Virus record (IMG/VR): IMGVR_UViG_3300032332_001377
Coordinates: 1 to 45,317 of that record
Reading direction: 5' to 3' (one strand)
Source of the DNA: a virus
Lineage: Duplodnaviria; Caudoviricetes
Length of the DNA: 45,317 nucleotides
Each line of letters begins with the position of its first letter. Within the stretch, counting starts at the first letter, position 1. The translations under genes were made by a program, and so were the position numbers. Shown one piece after another: positions 17,875 through 28,051 of this stretch. Below the pieces are notes generated by a model. The model ran no database searches and was not told the origin of the DNA. It saw only the letters and a list, made by a program, of their open reading frames with translations.

Positions 17875-19542
17875 ATGCCTAGATTATTAAGTGGATCGAC
17901 GTTAAGACGAGGGGGTAGTGGGCAATATATTGACCTAGCCGGAGCACAACCACAACTTCCTGCAACAGTAACTACTCTGACAGGGTTTACTCTTATAACA
18001 GATTCTTTATTAAGGTCCGATTATAGATCTAGCCTAGGATTTATAGAATTTAATACTGCTAGTATGTATAGCAGTCTACCTGAGGGCACTATTAGAGTTC
18101 TAGCCACAGGTACAGGTTCAGTATCGACTAGCACTGCCACAGGCGCATTGGTTGTAACCGGTGGCATTGGAGTCGGTGGCGGCATAACTGTAAAAAATGA
18201 CATTGTTGTTAATGGTTTAACTATTGGTCGCGGGTATGACCAAGGTGTCAATAATATTGTTATTAAAGGAACCGCAGCGACTCAAAATGATGATTTTGAA
18301 AACGGTCAAGAAAACGTTGTTATAGGATACGACGCATTAAAAGGACTTACCACATCATATAAAAATATTGCTGTAGGTAGATATGCACTAAATTCTGGCA
18401 CAGAAATTTCAAATTCTATTGCAATTGGTGATAGTTCTTTAAAATCAATAGGGACTAATAATCGCCCTGTAGCATCTACTATTACCAACATAACCATTAA
18501 AAGTTCAAAATCTATCAGTAATGTGTCAAGCACCAATCCAGTAGTTATAACCTCAAACAGTCACGGACTAACAGCCGGTACGCAGGTTCTTATCACCGGA
18601 GTTAACGGAGTTACTATTATTGGCAATAATCTATTAAACGGAATACCGTTCTGGATTGATAATGTTACTACCAATACATTTTCTTTATACACAAATAAAT
18701 CCCGTACAAACTCTTTAAACGGCATTGGTGCAACTGCTTATGTTAGTAGTGGAACCATTACCACACCAATTATAATAACTACTCCTAATCATAATCTTAC
18801 CACCGGTACTTCGATTCATATAGAAGGAATCGTTGGAACTACCGAATTAAATGATCCATATTACGATCGATATTATTATGTTAATGTACTAAGCAATAAT
18901 ACTATAGCATTATTTACAGACGAAATTCTTAATATCCCGGTAGACGGAACTGGATATACCGCATATTCAAGTGGAGGAATAATTCGTTTAACTAGGGCAA
19001 ACGATAATAATATTGCAGTAGGAACAAATGCAGGTCTGTCATTAATCAATGGAGGGAATAATTTCTTCCTTGGTAATAATATAGCAAGGAACTTCACTAC
19101 TGGGTCTAACAATTTCTTTATCGGTCACGATGTTGCTAATAATGTGATTCAGGCCAATGGAATTATTGCATTTGGCGGCGATAATCTCGAAGATGGAATA
19201 GATAATCAGGTCAGTATTGGCAGCGTATTTTACTACGATGGTACTGGTTACACCTATATCAATGCTGATGCTACACTAGGGTTAGGAACAGAATCAACTG
19301 GAACCGATAGTGGCGGTGTTGTAGTGTTAGGAGGACTTGGTGTTGCAGGAAATATATACAGCGGTGGTAGTGGAAATCCTGACGAAAATAATTTACTTTA
19401 CACTCCTAAAGTAACAGTTTCTGTTACTGCTCCTGCTACCCCTAGGGTAGGTGATACTTGGATAGATCCTTCCATTCCTGCCTATATGCAATACATCAAA
19501 GACGGAACCAATACATTTTGGATTCAGGTCGGATCGATTTAA
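17875..19542 (+). CDS. Tail fibre-like protein with two beta-barrel repeats and YadA-head-like repeats
   Basis: Duplicated PVVITSNSHGLTAGTQVLITGV / PIIITTPNHNLTTGTSIHIEGI; NIAVG-type repeats; TGALVVTGGIGVGG. Confidence 0.7.
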   Translation: MPRLLSGSTLRRGGSGQYIDLAGAQPQLPATVTTLTGFTLITDSLLRSDYRSSLGFIEFNTASMYSSLPEGTIRVLATGTGSVSTSTATGALVVTGGIGVGGGITVKNDIVVNGLTIGRGYDQGVNNIVIKGTAATQNDDFENGQENVVIGYDALKGLTTSYKNIAVGRYALNSGTEISNSIAIGDSSLKSIGTNNRPVASTITNITIKSSKSISNVSSTNPVVITSNSHGLTAGTQVLITGVNGVTIIGNNLLNGIPFWIDNVTTNTFSLYTNKSRTNSLNGIGATAYVSSGTITTPIIITTPNHNLTTGTSIHIEGIVGTTELNDPYYDRYYYVNVLSNNTIALFTDEILNIPVDGTGYTAYSSGGIIRLTRANDNNIAVGTNAGLSLINGGNNFFLGNNIARNFTTGSNNFFIGHDVANNVIQANGIIAFGGDNLEDGIDNQVSIGSVFYYDGTGYTYINADATLGLGTESTGTDSGGVVVLGGLGVAGNIYSGGSGNPDENNLLYTPKVTVSVTAPATPRVGDTWIDPSIPAYMQYIKDGTNTFWIQVGSI

Positions 19543-19561
19543 AATATAAAAGAGTAAAAAC

Positions 19562-20623
19562 ATGGCAATTTTAAATTTTCCAACAAACCCTAGCACAGGG
19601 GCCACTGCTGTAGTAGGAGGTAAAACATATGTATGGAATGGTGCTGCATGGATTGTATCGGCATCTTCTACAAACTTTACGGCTGGTGCTATAACTGGAA
19701 CCACTGTGGTAATAACGAGCACAACTAATTCGGTATCATCTACTACTGGTGCGTTGGTTGTTAAGGGTGGTGTAGGAATATCCGGAGATTTATATGTAGG
19801 TGGTAATATCATAGGAGTGAATACCGGAACCGGTATCGGGGTTGGATCCGTTGATCTCACTACAGGAACCTTTAAAAAATTAATAGTAAACGGAGGGGTC
19901 AAGGCGTTAAGCACTGCAACTGGAGATTTAACAGTTACCGGTGGAGTAGGTATAGGTGGGGATTTATGGTTAGGTGGAGTTCTTTATTCATCGGGCGCCC
20001 CAGTATTAACTACAGCAAGTTTTAGCAACAGCACACAAGACGGACAAGATATTGACATTGTCGATATCGGTGGAGGTGTTTTAACATTTAATAACATATC
20101 TACTCTTCAAACAGTAACCGGTAGAGGAAATAGTACCACCAATGTTGTGGTATTTTCTAACACTACCACCTCTACATCTACCAATTCAGGCGCTGTGTTA
20201 ATTACTGGCGGACTGGGTGTAGGGGGTAGAATAAACTCAGAATCAATAAGGATTGCTGACACAGTCTTTGATTCTACGGTAACCACAATAAATAATACGT
20301 CAAGTTGGACAACTATTGATAATTTTTTGTTTAGTCAGTATAGATCTGCAAAATATCTTGTACAAATTGATGAAGGATCTGCCACGAATGCAAAATGCCA
20401 GATAACAGAACTTTTTGTTCTGGCTAGTAATGCAGGACAGGTATATCTAACAGAGTATGCAAATGTCATGTCAGACGGTGTTGATTTAGGAGACTTTGAT
20501 GCTGACGTTAGAAGTAATGGAAATGGGGATTCAACTGTAACTTTATATTTTAAACCCGACAACAATTTATCAATAACATTACCATTGAATATCAAAGTCT
20601 TACGAACCGCAATGGCAAAATAA
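19562..20623 (+). CDS. Tail fibre-like protein
   Basis: N-terminal NFPTNP...YVWNGAAW; TGALxVxGGxG repeats; C-terminal YRSAKYLVQI domain. Confidence 0.75.
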   Translation: MAILNFPTNPSTGATAVVGGKTYVWNGAAWIVSASSTNFTAGAITGTTVVITSTTNSVSSTTGALVVKGGVGISGDLYVGGNIIGVNTGTGIGVGSVDLTTGTFKKLIVNGGVKALSTATGDLTVTGGVGIGGDLWLGGVLYSSGAPVLTTASFSNSTQDGQDIDIVDIGGGVLTFNNISTLQTVTGRGNSTTNVVVFSNTTTSTSTNSGAVLITGGLGVGGRINSESIRIADTVFDSTVTTINNTSSWTTIDNFLFSQYRSAKYLVQIDEGSATNAKCQITELFVLASNAGQVYLTEYANVMSDGVDLGDFDADVRSNGNGDSTVTLYFKPDNNLSITLPLNIKVLRTAMAK

Positions 20624-20635
20624 AGGACCAAAATA

Positions 20636-23074
20636 ATGCCGATTAACTCAATTAGCCGAGATTTTATAACCAAAAACGGTATCCTTATTGAAGGGACCGG
20701 AACGGTTACAAGTTCAACAGGACAGGTTAATTCCTTTCAGTCAAACGGTGGCGCGGCAATTGCTAAAAACCTAATTGTTGGAACTACGGCAAGTATCTAC
20801 GGTCCATTAAACGTAATTGGATATTCTACATTTGCTGGACTCACTGCCACTAGTACGGCTACATTTATTAATGCCATAGCAACGACCGTTGCAGTAAACG
20901 GAACAACAGCAACAAGTTCGACTGCTACCGGAGCGTTAATAGTGATCGGCGGAGTTGGAATCGGCGGTGCTTTGTATGTTGGCGGCGATACAGTACTAAC
21001 CGGTGATATTGCAATCAACGGTGGAGATATTACCACTACACAATCAATATTCAATCTAGTTAATACCACTGCTACCACAGTTAACTTTGCCGGATCGAGT
21101 ACAGCAATTACGATTGGTTCTGTGTCTGGTTCTACTACTGTACGTAATGACACTACAGTTACCAGCACAACAACTGCCGTTTCAACCAATACCGGTGCTT
21201 TACAAGTACGCGGAGGAGTAGGAATCGGTGGCAATTTGTATGTTGGTGGAACAATTAATGGTAACTTAACCGGTACTGTTACTACTGCAACTAGTTTAGC
21301 CGGAGGTGCAACTGGGTCAATTCCGTACCAAACAGCAAACGGCACAACAGCATTTATACCAATTGGATCTAATGGCTATGTTCTAACCGCAGGTGCTACT
21401 ACTGCTACATGGGTTGCTGTAAGTAGTCTTAGTGCAGGAAATGCCACTACAGCAACCAATATAGCAGGTGGCGCAACTGGATCGATTCCTTATCAAACCA
21501 CAGCAGGTATAACTGGGTTTTACGGACCAGGAACTGCCGGTGATCTACTAATTAGCAACGGAGCCGCTGCTCCTTCTTATAATAACACATTAACACTAGC
21601 CGGCATAACGGCCGCTAGTTCGACTAGTACAGGCGCCCTACAGGTACGCGGCGGTGCTGGAATTGGTGGCAATTTATATGTTGGCGGTAATGAAATCATA
21701 ACTGGTCAACTTACAATAAACAACACCACAGCAAACACAGGTACGGCGGCTAGTAATTCATTATATGTTTCAGGTGGTGCATGGGTTGAAAAAACATTGG
21801 TAGTAGGCCAAGAAGCGCTATTTAAAGGATCTGTAACATTTACCGGTAGTGCTACTTATGTATTAAGTACCAATACCTTTTATACAGACAATATATTAGA
21901 ATTACATACTCCGCCGAATGGAGTATACGGACAATGGACCCTAGACGATGGTAAAGATATTGGTCTAAGATTCCACTACTATACAGCCAGTGCTGATACC
22001 AATGCAGCGCTGGTTCTTGACAACACTACAAAAGAATTACACTGGTATGGGTCCGGCGCAGAAAGCCCCACTGGGGATTTTTCTACTGCTGTGTTTGGGA
22101 TGTTCAGAGCCGGTGGTATATATGCACAAAATACAGAAACTGCTACATCGACAAATACTGGTGCTCTACGAGTTGTAGGTGGTGCTGGTATTGGTGGTGA
22201 TTTATATGTGGGTGGAAAAATAACCATTGCTGGTGGATCTGGTGGTGATATCAACATGGCCGGTGGTAATATTACCAATGTTGGTAGAATCACAGCCAAT
22301 ACGGGAACATTTACCTCCACCAACATTATTTCCACATCAACCGCAAGTTCTTCCAGCACCGGTGCCTTAACTGTAGCAGGCGGAGTAGGCATTGGTGGTA
22401 ATTTATACGTAGGTGGTTCGGCATATGTTGGCGGAGCACAGGTATTAACCAGTGCAACTGTTAATCAATATGCCACACAAGTAACTATATTCGCAGGAAC
22501 TGATACTGCTGTTAACACAAGTACGGGCGCAGTAACTGTCTGGAATACTGGTACATTACAAACAGTCACTGGCAGAGGAAACACTACGAACCAGACAATT
22601 TTAATCACAAATACGTCTACATCAAACTCTACTGCTACTGGTGCTTTACAAGTTGTAGGTGGTGCTGGCATTGGTGGTGCTTTATATGTCGGCGGCAGCA
22701 TCAGTATAGGATCTGTAACTACAAGCAGCGTTATTACATCGGTAATCAGTAATAATTATACTCAGTCTAGTTACACCAGTCCCACACTAACCAGTATAAC
22801 TGAGGTAATTTTAGACACTTTCGCATCGGCTTTGTATAGAACTGCAAAGTATCTTGTTCAAATAGTTTCCAGTGCAAACATACATGTGGAAGAAATTTTA
22901 TTATATCACGATGGAACTAGTGTTTACATAACAGAATATGGAGTTTCTGCAAGCGGAAGTGAACTTGGAACATTTGATGCAGATCTAACTGGAGGGAATG
23001 TTCGTTTGAAATTCACACCGGCGTCGACTAGTGCAACAGTTGTTAAATTAGTAAGAACAGGAATTACTTCTTAA
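20636..23074 (+). CDS. Long tail fibre-like protein
   Basis: Many STxTGALxVxGGxGIGGxLYVGG repeats; GSIPYQT repeats; C-terminal YRTAKYLVQI domain. Confidence 0.8.
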   Translation: MPINSISRDFITKNGILIEGTGTVTSSTGQVNSFQSNGGAAIAKNLIVGTTASIYGPLNVIGYSTFAGLTATSTATFINAIATTVAVNGTTATSSTATGALIVIGGVGIGGALYVGGDTVLTGDIAINGGDITTTQSIFNLVNTTATTVNFAGSSTAITIGSVSGSTTVRNDTTVTSTTTAVSTNTGALQVRGGVGIGGNLYVGGTINGNLTGTVTTATSLAGGATGSIPYQTANGTTAFIPIGSNGYVLTAGATTATWVAVSSLSAGNATTATNIAGGATGSIPYQTTAGITGFYGPGTAGDLLISNGAAAPSYNNTLTLAGITAASSTSTGALQVRGGAGIGGNLYVGGNEIITGQLTINNTTANTGTAASNSLYVSGGAWVEKTLVVGQEALFKGSVTFTGSATYVLSTNTFYTDNILELHTPPNGVYGQWTLDDGKDIGLRFHYYTASADTNAALVLDNTTKELHWYGSGAESPTGDFSTAVFGMFRAGGIYAQNTETATSTNTGALRVVGGAGIGGDLYVGGKITIAGGSGGDINMAGGNITNVGRITANTGTFTSTNIISTSTASSSSTGALTVAGGVGIGGNLYVGGSAYVGGAQVLTSATVNQYATQVTIFAGTDTAVNTSTGAVTVWNTGTLQTVTGRGNTTNQTILITNTSTSNSTATGALQVVGGAGIGGALYVGGSISIGSVTTSSVITSVISNNYTQSSYTSPTLTSITEVILDTFASALYRTAKYLVQIVSSANIHVEEILLYHDGTSVYITEYGVSASGSELGTFDADLTGGNVRLKFTPASTSATVVKLVRTGITS

Positions 23075-23135
23075 CGGATAAAAACAAAACTAAATAGTAG
23101 CACTAATACAGCCTGCCGGTGGAAAGGGAAACTAA

Positions 23136-25988
23136 ATGGCAAATTCTCAGGACTTCAAGGTCAAAAATGGCCTGGTGGTTGCAACTACTGCAACTATCCA
23201 ATCAACGACAAATTCAACCAGTACAACAACCGGTGCTCTGAAAGTAATAGGTGGGGTTGGAATTGGTGGTAATTTGTATGTTGGTGGAACCATTAACGGA
23301 AATATTACTGGAACAGTAATAGGCACTGCTTCTACTGCCACTAATATTGCAGGCGGTGCAGCCAACCAAATTCCTTATCAAAGTGCTGCAGGTGCTACTA
23401 CATTTAACAGTGGATTGACGTTTAATGGTACTACATTTACTGCTACTAATATTGTAGTTCCTGGAACAACTGCCTCAACCTCGACAACCACAGGCGCCTT
23501 ACAGGTACGCGGCGGGGTTGGTATAGGTGGTGGAATGTATGTTGGTAGCGACATTAATATTCCAATTGCTTCTGGGAATTTAATTTTTGGTAATAGTTCT
23601 CTCGGTTCATTTGGGTCCCCGTCGATTGTATTAGGAAGAGCGTTTACCGGCGATTCAAACAGTATTAGTGCTAATTACGGCACGGTATATGGCGGCGTTA
23701 ACACCGGACTTAGGATTCTTGCCAATGGTTCGGGCGCGATCGATCTTGTAACATATGACGGCGGGTGGGGGGTAACCGGACAAGGTATTGGTCTACGTGT
23801 TAAACCTAATAGGGATGTTCAATTATTTGGAACAAGTGCCTCAACCTCGACCACCACAGGAGCATTAACGGTAGTTGGCGGGGTTGGCATAGGTGGTGGA
23901 TTATTTGTCGGCGGTATTATTACCGCTACCAATGTTTATGTCAACGGTTATGCAGTTAGTACTGCCAGTTCGTTGACCATACAAAGCCTTGGTGTTGGCC
24001 AAGGAACTGCTGCTACCATTAACTTCAGTACTGGTTTAAGTGCCAGTGTGGCTACCAATGTGGCCACAGTTACATTAACAACTTCGACTCTAATGACCAC
24101 GGCTGTTAATTTAGGTGGTGGTGTTGCAAATCAAATTCCTTATCAAACTGCTGCAGGTGCTACAACATTTAGCAGCAATTTGGTGTTTGATGGGACCAAT
24201 TTAGGGGTTGGTACGAGTTCGCCAAAATATCTATTGGATGTAAATGGAAACTTTATGGCCCGTGGGTCAAAGAAAGTTTTTTATTACGCAGGTATGCCGC
24301 CGAACTATTCCGGCAATTTATATGAACGGTCTGTTGTTTTAGATACAAATTTTACCCCAACAAGTTCATCCTCTGGCACTGACATTGTAATCAGCCAATC
24401 ATCCACTGGTATAAATATGGGGCATTGGGTTGCTACTGTTAACTTGTCTGGCGACGATAATGGCACAGGTGTTGGACTTGCCCGAATGGTTGTGGAATTT
24501 GATACATACCTTGAAAATGGCGGCCCAATGAGGGTAATTAACCCCAAACTTGTTAATTATTATTCACAAGACGGACTATATTACTCATTCTCACCAGTAC
24601 CTAACATTGCAATTTCGTATTCTGGGTCAACAATTAAATTAACTGTTGCTGGATACGCTCTATATTCAACTGGTTTGTGTCGTGTCGAATTTTACGGGTC
24701 GTGTTATGGTGGTGCCTCGGCGGGGGGTCTAATTTCTCTTTCTACTCCTGGCACTTCTTCTTCAACATCTTGGTTGAAACTCAATGGGTGGTTGCAAAAC
24801 AATTCCACATCTTTGACGCAAACCAATGCAAGTACCTACTACACAAATGGTAATTCATCGGTGGTCATCGACTCCTCTGGCAACCTTGGTCTAGGGGTTA
24901 CGCCGAGTGCTTGGGGGAGTAGTCAAAAAGCATTTGAAACACAAGCGGGTTCTCTTGCCGCGCTTTCAACTTTGGTTTTTGACCTTGTTCAAAACTCTTT
25001 TAACTCTGGTACAGGTTACATTTATAAAACCACTGCGGCTGCTAGTCTTTATCGCCAAACCGCAGGAGCACACCAGTGGTATAACGCTCCCTCCGGCACA
25101 GCGGCTAATGCAATCACCTTCACACAGGCAATGACACTGGATGCGAGTGGGAATTTGTCGGTTGGCGGGACAAATGTAAACGCAAGATTAAATGTCATAC
25201 AGGGGCTAAGTGGAACTTACGGTAGCGCCGGTATTTGGCTGTCAGATAACACTACAACGTCAATGCTGTTGAATAACGTCAGCAACGGTGTTTCGGCTAT
25301 GTGGTCGAGCAGCGTTCTTGCATTTGGCTCTGGCAACAACAACTTCACAGAACGCATGCGCCTCGACTCCTCCGGCAACCTGCTGGTAGGATATACCACG
25401 CAACAATCCGGTGCTAAATTAGCGGTCAACGGCGGTGTATATGTCAATGGAGTTGTAACTGCCACTACATTTGTTGGAAATATTACCGGCACAATAACAG
25501 GTACTGCCACCACCGCCACGAACATTGCAGGCGGTGCAGCCAATCAAATCCCATATCAAAGTGGCGCAGGATCTACTACATTCAGTAGTAATTTAACATT
25601 TAATGGTTCAACACTTTCAGTAACTGGTAGTTTAACAGCCAATACTATTGTTTCAAAAATTGCCCAAGATTATGTAGTCAGCGTCACTGCTAATTCAGCA
25701 ACTACTACGTTAGATCTCAGTCAAGGTAATACATTTTATGTCACAATGTCGGCTACTACTACAATTGCATTTAGCAATGTTCCAACAGGAAGTAACTTGA
25801 CAAACTTCAGTATTATAACTTATAATAGTGCCGGAGGATATGCAATCAGTTGGCCTGCTAGTGTGACCTGGGCTGGTGGTCAAACCCCGGCAAGGACCAC
25901 TACATCGGGTAAATCGGATATCTATACCTTTTTTACTCTAAATGCTGGTACAAATATCATAGGATCGCTAAGTATTTTAAACTACTAA
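23136..25988 (+). CDS. Distal tail fibre / receptor-binding-like protein
   Basis: DFKVKNG N-terminus; ANQIPYQ repeats; DSSGNL / ERMRLDSSGN fibre motifs; C-terminal ISWPASVTWAGG domain. Confidence 0.8.
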   Translation: MANSQDFKVKNGLVVATTATIQSTTNSTSTTTGALKVIGGVGIGGNLYVGGTINGNITGTVIGTASTATNIAGGAANQIPYQSAAGATTFNSGLTFNGTTFTATNIVVPGTTASTSTTTGALQVRGGVGIGGGMYVGSDINIPIASGNLIFGNSSLGSFGSPSIVLGRAFTGDSNSISANYGTVYGGVNTGLRILANGSGAIDLVTYDGGWGVTGQGIGLRVKPNRDVQLFGTSASTSTTTGALTVVGGVGIGGGLFVGGIITATNVYVNGYAVSTASSLTIQSLGVGQGTAATINFSTGLSASVATNVATVTLTTSTLMTTAVNLGGGVANQIPYQTAAGATTFSSNLVFDGTNLGVGTSSPKYLLDVNGNFMARGSKKVFYYAGMPPNYSGNLYERSVVLDTNFTPTSSSSGTDIVISQSSTGINMGHWVATVNLSGDDNGTGVGLARMVVEFDTYLENGGPMRVINPKLVNYYSQDGLYYSFSPVPNIAISYSGSTIKLTVAGYALYSTGLCRVEFYGSCYGGASAGGLISLSTPGTSSSTSWLKLNGWLQNNSTSLTQTNASTYYTNGNSSVVIDSSGNLGLGVTPSAWGSSQKAFETQAGSLAALSTLVFDLVQNSFNSGTGYIYKTTAAASLYRQTAGAHQWYNAPSGTAANAITFTQAMTLDASGNLSVGGTNVNARLNVIQGLSGTYGSAGIWLSDNTTTSMLLNNVSNGVSAMWSSSVLAFGSGNNNFTERMRLDSSGNLLVGYTTQQSGAKLAVNGGVYVNGVVTATTFVGNITGTITGTATTATNIAGGAANQIPYQSGAGSTTFSSNLTFNGSTLSVTGSLTANTIVSKIAQDYVVSVTANSATTTLDLSQGNTFYVTMSATTTIAFSNVPTGSNLTNFSIITYNSAGGYAISWPASVTWAGGQTPARTTTSGKSDIYTFFTLNAGTNIIGSLSILNY

Positions 25989-25992
25989 AAAT

Positions 25993-27402
25993 ATGCCAAT
26001 TTCTAAAAATCTTAGACGAGAACGCTCAAATGTTTCAGTTGCTCAAACTGTTACATTTAATGCTCCTGGGGTTTATCAGCCTCCATATGGAAAAACCATA
26101 TTTCAAGTCAAAGGGCAAGGGTCGCCCGGTAACGCAACCTTTTATTATACCACTCCTGTGGCCGCTAGTGGAGGAAATGTAGCAGCCTACTATCCAGCCA
26201 GCGGTGGGGATGTCAGTGGATCAAATACTTTTTACTACAATACCCCTGTAGCCGCGGTAAATCCTTCAGTTGCTTATTATAATTATGAGCAAGCATTTGC
26301 CTATGTTCCCGCGGTACCAAGTTATTTCTCCGGGTTTAATTATGAGCAAGCATTTGCCTATGTACCCGGTTCTGGCGGTAATGTTGCTTATTATAATTAC
26401 GAGCAAACATTTGCCTATGTACCCGGTTATGGTGGTAATCTTGCTTATTATAATTACGAGCAAACATTTGCCTATGTACCCGGTTATGGTGGTTATGTTT
26501 CTTATTATAATTACGAGCAAATATTTGCCTATGTACCCGGATATTACAATCCACCAACTCCAGGAAGTTATCTCGGCGACGGATATTACGTCATAGAGTA
26601 TGCTTACGAAGTCACATATGGTCAATATCTCAGTTCATATGGTTATTATGTACCAGGTTTCATCAACAACTCCACCAGTTATGGCTTTGGCATACGACCA
26701 TCGATACCAGGTCCATACAGTGGCTCATATGGATCTTATAATTATTATTTTTCAAGTGGCTATTACGTTTATTACTATGCAGTATTTTATAATAATGGTC
26801 CTGTATATAATCCCCCCAGTCCAGGTTATACCAATCCCGGTTATACCTATTATTACTTTTCTAGTAATGCAAATTATAATCCCTATTATCCTGGTTATAC
26901 CTATTATTACTTCTACGGTAATGCAGTATATAATCCCTACTATCCTGGTTATTCCTATTATTACTTCTACGGTAATGCAGTATATAATCCCTACTATCCT
27001 GCTTATACCTATTATTACTTCTATAGTAATGCAAATTATAATCCATATGTACCTGCTTATACCTATTATTACTTCTACAGTAATGCAAATTATAATCCAT
27101 ATGTACCTGCTTTTTCCTACACCACTACTGTACCGGGTAATCCAAATTATAACCCCTATTATCCTGCGTATAGTAACTATAATACTTACTATCCGGCATT
27201 TAGTTACAATACCGCAGTACCGGGAAATTATGGAGGAACAAATTACGTGTTAGGAGTGGCATTACCGGGAGGGGCATCAGATGCAGCCGCCCCGGTGGTA
27301 GATTTTACAACAATTTTGATTGATTATACCAATGCCGGAACTCCTATTCCGGTACCGTCGGGCGGATATGTACAAATTAAAAATAAATTTTTAGGAACCT
27401 AA
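25993..27402 (+). CDS. Tyr-rich repeat protein, putative fibre-tip adhesin
   Basis: 469 aa with ~106 Tyr by manual count; two repeat arrays; starts 4 nt after the last fibre gene. Confidence 0.7.
   Translation: MPISKNLRRERSNVSVAQTVTFNAPGVYQPPYGKTIFQVKGQGSPGNATFYYTTPVAASGGNVAAYYPASGGDVSGSNTFYYNTPVAAVNPSVAYYNYEQAFAYVPAVPSYFSGFNYEQAFAYVPGSGGNVAYYNYEQTFAYVPGYGGNLAYYNYEQTFAYVPGYGGYVSYYNYEQIFAYVPGYYNPPTPGSYLGDGYYVIEYAYEVTYGQYLSSYGYYVPGFINNSTSYGFGIRPSIPGPYSGSYGSYNYYFSSGYYVYYYAVFYNNGPVYNPPSPGYTNPGYTYYYFSSNANYNPYYPGYTYYYFYGNAVYNPYYPGYSYYYFYGNAVYNPYYPAYTYYYFYSNANYNPYVPAYTYYYFYSNANYNPYVPAFSYTTTVPGNPNYNPYYPAYSNYNTYYPAFSYNTAVPGNYGGTNYVLGVALPGGASDAAAPVVDFTTILIDYTNAGTPIPVPSGGYVQIKNKFLGT
26272..26541 (+). 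repeat. 57-bp (19-aa) coding tandem repeat, 5 copies (xYYNYEQxFAYVPG...)
   Basis: Units start at 26272, 26329, 26386, 26443 and 26500. Confidence 0.95.
26839..27108 (+). repeat. 54-bp (18-aa) coding tandem repeat, 5 copies (YTYYYFYxNAxYNPYxP)
   Basis: Units start at 26839, 26893, 26947, 27001 and 27055. Confidence 0.95.
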
Positions 27403-27418
27403 TAAAAAGGAAAAAATT

Positions 27419-28051
27419 ATGAATGAACAAAATCAAATGATGAATATAAATCCAAAAGTATGGGAAATTCCCCGATTACACATACCCATGGAAAATATGG
27501 CATGCTGGAGCAACGGATTTAATGATGCGGATCTTGATCAAATTATTTCACTAGGAGAATTGGCCGACTTTCAAAAAGGATCAATAGGAGGTCGAGAAGT
27601 AGGCAAATCCGACGTCAATACCGAAATTCGAGATACAGATATTGCATGGATACATCCTAGCCGAGAAACTGAATGGCTTTATGAACGAATGAAACAGTTT
27701 ATTGCAAGAATAAACTATGATAAATTTCAATTTGACATAGATCAGATGCAAGCGTTACAATATGGAAAGTATAAAGAAAACGGACATTATGAATGGCATG
27801 TAGATTGCGGACCAAATTTACCAGTTCATCGAAAATTAACTCTAATAGTGGCTCTTACAGATCCGGATTCTTACGAAGGCGGAGAATTATTACTGAATTT
27901 TTCAGGGGATCCCAAAAACCCGCATGTTATGAAAATTAGAAAAGGAGATCTTATTGCATTTCCATCTTTTATTCCACACAAGGTCGCTCCGGTAACCTCT
28001 GGAGAAAGATTGACATTAGTAACTTGGGCGACCGGACCAAAATTTGTATGA
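27419..28051 (+). CDS. 2OG-Fe(II) oxygenase (PKHD / prolyl-hydroxylase-like)
   Basis: WHVD (HxD), RKLTLIV, YEGGEL, FPSFIPHKV (distal His) and GERLTLVTW (2OG-binding Arg). Confidence 0.92.
   Translation: MNEQNQMMNINPKVWEIPRLHIPMENMACWSNGFNDADLDQIISLGELADFQKGSIGGREVGKSDVNTEIRDTDIAWIHPSRETEWLYERMKQFIARINYDKFQFDIDQMQALQYGKYKENGHYEWHVDCGPNLPVHRKLTLIVALTDPDSYEGGELLLNFSGDPKNPHVMKIRKGDLIAFPSFIPHKVAPVTSGERLTLVTWATGPKFV

Noticed and set aside
26272-27108. Tyr-rich repeats as DGR template/variable regions (Y/N/S/G-rich, with SYGFGIRP resembling C-type-lectin VR ends) or as a CRISPR array
   Set aside because: No reverse transcriptase or non-coding template copy in the window; differences between units are not confined to adenines; no spacers. 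A remote DGR cannot be fully excluded without the whole genome.
26266-27253. Overlapping alternative-frame and antisense ORFs (e.g. 26600..27253, 26270..26596)
   Set aside because: By-products of the stop-poor repetitive sequence; no initiation signals.
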